From Naegleria gruberi (taxonomy: Eukaryota): 10,499 nucleotides of DNA. This document shows positions 7,201-10,499 of the stretch, piece after piece. Below the pieces are notes generated by a model that was not told where the DNA came from, ran no database searches, and was given only the letters and a program-made list of their open reading frames with translations. Both the position numbers and the translations under genes were made by a program. The stretch's first letter is position 1. The number at the start of each line of letters is the position of its first letter. The DNA lies in the NCBI GenBank assembly GCA_000004985.1, contig GG739022.1, one strand, 5' to 3'.

Positions 7201-9648
7201 NNNNNNNNNNNNNNNNNNNNNNNNNNNNNNNNNNNNNNNNNNNNNNNNNNNNNNNNNNNNNNNNNNNNNNNNNNNNNNNNNNNNNNNNNNNNNNNNNNNN
7301 NNNNNNNNNNNNNNNNNNNNNNNNNNNNNNNNNNNNNNNNNNNNNNNNNNNNNNNNNNNNNNNNNNNNNNNNNNNNNNNNNNNNNNNNNNNNNNNNNNNN
7401 NNNNNNNNNNNNNNNNNNNNNNNNNNNNNNNNNNNNNNNNNNNNNNNNNNNNNNNNNNNNNNNNNNNNNNNNNNNNNNNNNNNNNNNNNNNNNNNNNNNN
7501 NNNNNNNNNNNNNNNNNNNNNNNNNNNNNNNNNNNNNNNNNNNNNNNNNNNNNNNNNNNNNNNNNNNNNNNNNNNNNNNNNNNNNNNNNNNNNNNNNNNN
7601 NNNNNNNNNNNNNNNNNNNNNNNNNNNNNNNNNNNNNNNNNNNNNNNNNNNNNNNNNNNNNNNNNNNNNNNNNNNNNNNNNNNNNNNNNNNNNNNNNNNN
7701 NNNNNNNNNNNNNNNNNNNNNNNNNNNNNNNNNNNNNNNNNNNNNNNNNNNNNNNNNNNNNNNNNNNNNNNNNNNNNNNNNNNNNNNNNNNNNNNNNNNN
7801 NNNNNNNNNNNNNNNNNNNNNNNNNNNNNNNNNNNNNNNNNNNNNNNNNNNNNNNNNNNNNNNNNNNNNNNNNNNNNNNNNNNNNNNNNNNNNNNNNNNN
7901 NNNNNNNNNNNNNNNNNNNNNNNNNNNNNNNNNNNNNNNNNNNNNNNNNNNNNNNNNNNNNNNNNNNNNNNNNNNNNNNNNNNNNNNNNNNNNNNNNNNN
8001 NNNNNNNNNNNNNNNNNNNNNNNNNNNNNNNNNNNNNNNNNNNNNNNNNNNNNNNNNNNNNNNNNNNNNNNNNNNNNNNNNNNNNNNNNNNNNNNNNNNN
8101 NNNNNNNNNNNNNNNNNNNNNNNNNNNNNNNNNNNNNNNNNNNNNNNNNNNNNNNNNNNNNNNNNNNNNNNNNNNNNNNNNNNNNNNNNNNNNNNNNNNN
8201 NNNNNNNNNNNNNNNNNNNNNNNNNNNNNNNNNNNNNNNNNNNNNNNNNNNNNNNNNNNNNNNNNNNNNNNNNNNNNNNNNNNNNNNNNNNNNNNNNNNN
8301 NNNNNNNNNNNNNNNNNNNNNNNNNNNNNNNNNNNNNNNNNNNNNNNNNNNNNNNNNNNNNNNNNNNNNNNNNNNNNNNNNNNNNNNNNNNNNNNNNNNN
8401 NNNNNNNNNNNNNNNNNNNNNNNNNNNNNNNNNNNNNNNNNNNNNNNNNNNNNNNNNNNNNNNNNNNNNNNNNNNNNNNNNNNNNNNNNNNNNNNNNNNN
8501 NNNNNNNNNNNNNNNNNNNNNNNNNNNNNNNNNNNNNNNNNNNNNNNNNNNNNNNNNNNNNNNNNNNNNNNNNNNNNNNNNNNNNNNNNNNNNNNNNNNN
8601 NNNNNNNNNNNNNNNNNNNNNNNNNNNNNNNNNNNNNNNNNNNNNNNNNNNNNNNNNNNNNNNNNNNNNNNNNNNNNNNNNNNNNNNNNNNNNNNNNNNN
8701 NNNNNNNNNNNNNNNNNNNNNNNNNNNNNNNNNNNNNNNNNNNNNNNNNNNNNNNNNNNNNNNNNNNNNNNNNNNNNNNNNNNNNNNNNNNNNNNNNNNN
8801 NNNNNNNNNNNNNNNNNNNNNNNNNNNNNNNNNNNNNNNNNNNNNNNNNNNNNNNNNNNNNNNNNNNNNNNNNNNNNNNNNNNNNNNNNNNNNNNNNNNN
8901 NNNNNNNNNNNNNNNNNNNNNNNNNNNNNNNNNNNNNNNNNNNNNNNNNNNNNNNNNNNNNNNNNNNNNNNNNNNNNNNNNNNNNNNNNNNNNNNNNNNN
9001 NNNNNNNNNNNNNNNNNNNNNNNNNNNNNNNNNNNNNNNNNNNNNNNNNNNNNNNNNNNNNNNNNNNNNNNNNNNNNNNNNNNNNNNNNNNNNNNNNNNN
9101 NNNNNNNNNNNNNNNNNNNNNNNNNNNNNNNNNNNNNNNNNNNNNNNNNNNNNNNNNNNNNNNNNNNNNNNNNNNNNNNNNNNNNNNNNNNNNNNNNNNN
9201 NNNNNNNNNNNNNNNNNNNNNNNNNNNNNNNNNNNNNNNNNNNNNNNNNNNNNNNNNNNNNNNNNNNNNNNNNNNNNNNNNNNNNNNNNNNNNNNNNNNN
9301 NNNNNNNNNNNNNNNNNNNNNNNNNNNNNNNNNNNNNNNNNNNNNNNNNNNNNNNNNNNNNNNNNNNNNNNNNNNNNNNNNNNNNNNNNNNNNNNNNNNN
9401 NNNNNNNNNNNNNNNNNNNNNNNNNNNNNNNNNNNNNNNNNNNNNNNNNNNNNNNNNNNNNNNNNNNNNNNNNNNNNNNNNNNNNNNNNNNNNNNNNNNN
9501 NNNNNNNNNNNNNNNNNNNNNNNNNNNNNNNNNNNNNNNNNNNNNNNNNNNNNNNNNNNNNNNNNNNNNNNNNNNNNNNNNNNNNNNNNNNNNNNNNNNN
9601 NNNNNNNNNNNNNNNNNNNNNNNNNNNNNNNNNNNNNNNNNNNNNNNN
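4270..9648. other. Assembly gap / masked run of 5379 N
   Basis: Continuous n characters. The gap is sized but its true length is unknown, so reading frames across it cannot be linked. Confidence 0.95.
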
Positions 9649-9681
9649 TGTGAAGGAAAGAATGTGTTTGTACTAGAGACC

Positions 9682-10499
9682 TTAAACAAAAAGTGGCGAT
9701 TTATAGTCATGTATTTGAAGTAAATCTCTCTCGTGGGAGTTTTGAGAGGTGTTCAGTTTGCTTTTAAATGCTTTAACATTGCTTTGGAATGACGATGGAG
9801 ATTTACAAAAAATGTTTGGAGAACTGAGACTTGATTCAAAGACTGGTTTCAGTTTTGTTCTGTTTGGACTAAGTGTTTCAACCTTAACTGCAGATGGTCT
9901 CTTTTTACAATGTGCAGGAGGAGAATTAACTCTAAAGTCAAGGAAGGAAGCAGAGCAGGACTTGGCAAATTGTGGTCTTGGTGGTGTTGATGGGGAAGAT
10001 GGAATTGAATTGCTATTAGTAACTGTTATGGAATAATGACATGTTGTTTCAGCATGGTCTATGGAATTAAAATCCACAGAGTGAATTTGGAAAGGTGAAG
10101 AAGGCATTGAAACGGATTTAGGTGTTTTACATTCTGTAATGTTGTTTTTAGCCAAGCTTGATGATCGTCTTCTTTTAAGATTATCATAATTATCAAATGA
10201 AGCCAAAAGAGAAAGTGGAATTCTGGTTCCTTTTTTCAACATTTCTTTTCTATGCGAAAGATCAGGACCACAGTTATCTTTAGAGTTGATTTCAAAATGT
10301 TTTGGTGGAGAGGATTGTATGAAAGTGTCATTCTTATGGTGGAAGGAAGAAGTATTTGGTGAGGTAGGGCTCATTAAACCTCCATGAATGGCATTAAGGC
10401 GCTTATGATGTGATCTAGGGGTTGTTACTGGTGAAGAGGTATTGGAATCAACTTGTGGTGATTGATCATCATTCTTCCATAGAGAATGAAATCTGGAGG
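9682..10499 (-). CDS. Ser/Pro/Thr/Asn-rich low-complexity protein, 5'-truncated by the window edge. Stop is TAA at 9682-9684. The protein carries many S/T-P (proline-directed kinase) motifs and a KRRRSSS basic-Ser cluster.
   Basis: The ORF track reports 230 aa from an ATG at 10374. I translated upstream to 10499 and found no stop (…SRFHSLWKNDDQSPQVDSNTSSPVTTPRSHHKRLNAIHGGL-MSPTSPNTSS…), and the composition stays the same, so the true start is almost certainly beyond the window. The protein contains SPPK, TPK, TPPR and SPNR (full S/T-P-x-K/R CDK-type consensus) plus many minimal SP/TP sites. It is predicted to be disordered. Confidence 0.7.
   Translation of the reverse strand, partial: SRFHSLWKNDDQSPQVDSNTSSPVTTPRSHHKRLNAIHGGLMSPTSPNTSSFHHKNDTFIQSSPPKHFEINSKDNCGPDLSHRKEMLKKGTRIPLSLLASFDNYDNLKRRRSSSLAKNNITECKTPKSVSMPSSPFQIHSVDFNSIDHAETTCHYSITVTNSNSIPSSPSTPPRPQFAKSCSASFLDFRVNSPPAHCKKRPSAVKVETLSPNRTKLKPVFESSLSSPNIFCKSPSSFQSNVKAFKSKLNTSQNSHERDLLQIHDYKSPLFV

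Noticed and set aside
985-9710. ORF-track entries of 571-1844 aa made mostly of X (985..2787, 1019..2773, 1044..2759, 1105..2934, 4176..9710, 4257..9653)
   Set aside because: They exist only because N translates to X without stops. Only their few real-sequence codons at the gap edges carry information, and I evaluated those separately. Several of them begin with TTG scored as M, since the track accepts alternative starts (checked at 1019, 1108, 2976, 3703).
9749-10036. + strand 95-aa ORF antisense to the Ser/Pro-rich gene
   Set aside because: It is fully contained within the stronger minus-strand CDS, and its Gly/Leu-rich composition is what you expect from reading the antisense of a Ser/Pro-rich gene.
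1-10499. Search for tRNA, rRNA, CRISPR repeats, prokaryotic operon or defence-system signatures, and telomeric or centromeric tandem repeats
   Set aside because: None were found. The sequence is eukaryotic (yeast-like), there are no regularly spaced direct repeats, and there are no tRNA A/B-box or T-arm motifs on either strand in the 3.5 kb of real sequence.

Overview
Only about 3.5 kb of this 10,499-bp window is real sequence (1-1136, 2745-4269, 9649-10499). The rest is two N runs (1137-2744 and 4270-9648, plus a single N at 1124), so this reads as a draft scaffold with sized gaps. The visible sequence looks eukaryotic and budding-yeast-like: about 65% AT, A-rich 5' leaders with A at -3 before the ATG, AGA/GGT/GCT/TTC codon bias, TAA stops followed by AT-rich 3' flanks, and Ser/Asn/Pro-rich low-complexity proteins. 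It is not prokaryotic, so CRISPR arrays, operons and phage-defence systems are not expected, and none are seen. What the sequence supports: (1) a complete, strongly codon-biased 95-aa single-RRM RNA-binding protein gene at 3801-4088 (+); (2) a Ser/Pro-rich gene on the minus strand with many S/T-P sites (9682 to beyond 10499), truncated by the window edge; (3) minus-strand gene fragments on both sides of gap 1 (C-terminal tail ending at 911, possible N-terminus at 2934) and a short C-terminal fragment next to gap 2 (4176-4269); (4) in the 866-bp divergent intergenic region, a ~400-bp element bounded by 26-bp terminal inverted repeats (25/26 identical) that start with CAG and sit between TA dinucleotides, which is the signature of a Tc1/mariner-type MITE; (5) a perfect 20-bp palindrome around AGATCT at 529-548 inside an ORF-free stretch of at least 875 bp. 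I found no tRNA, rRNA or credible intron. The ORF-track entries that run through the N blocks are artefacts. I cannot verify homology, copy number or species from this window alone, and I cannot support any novel 'system'.
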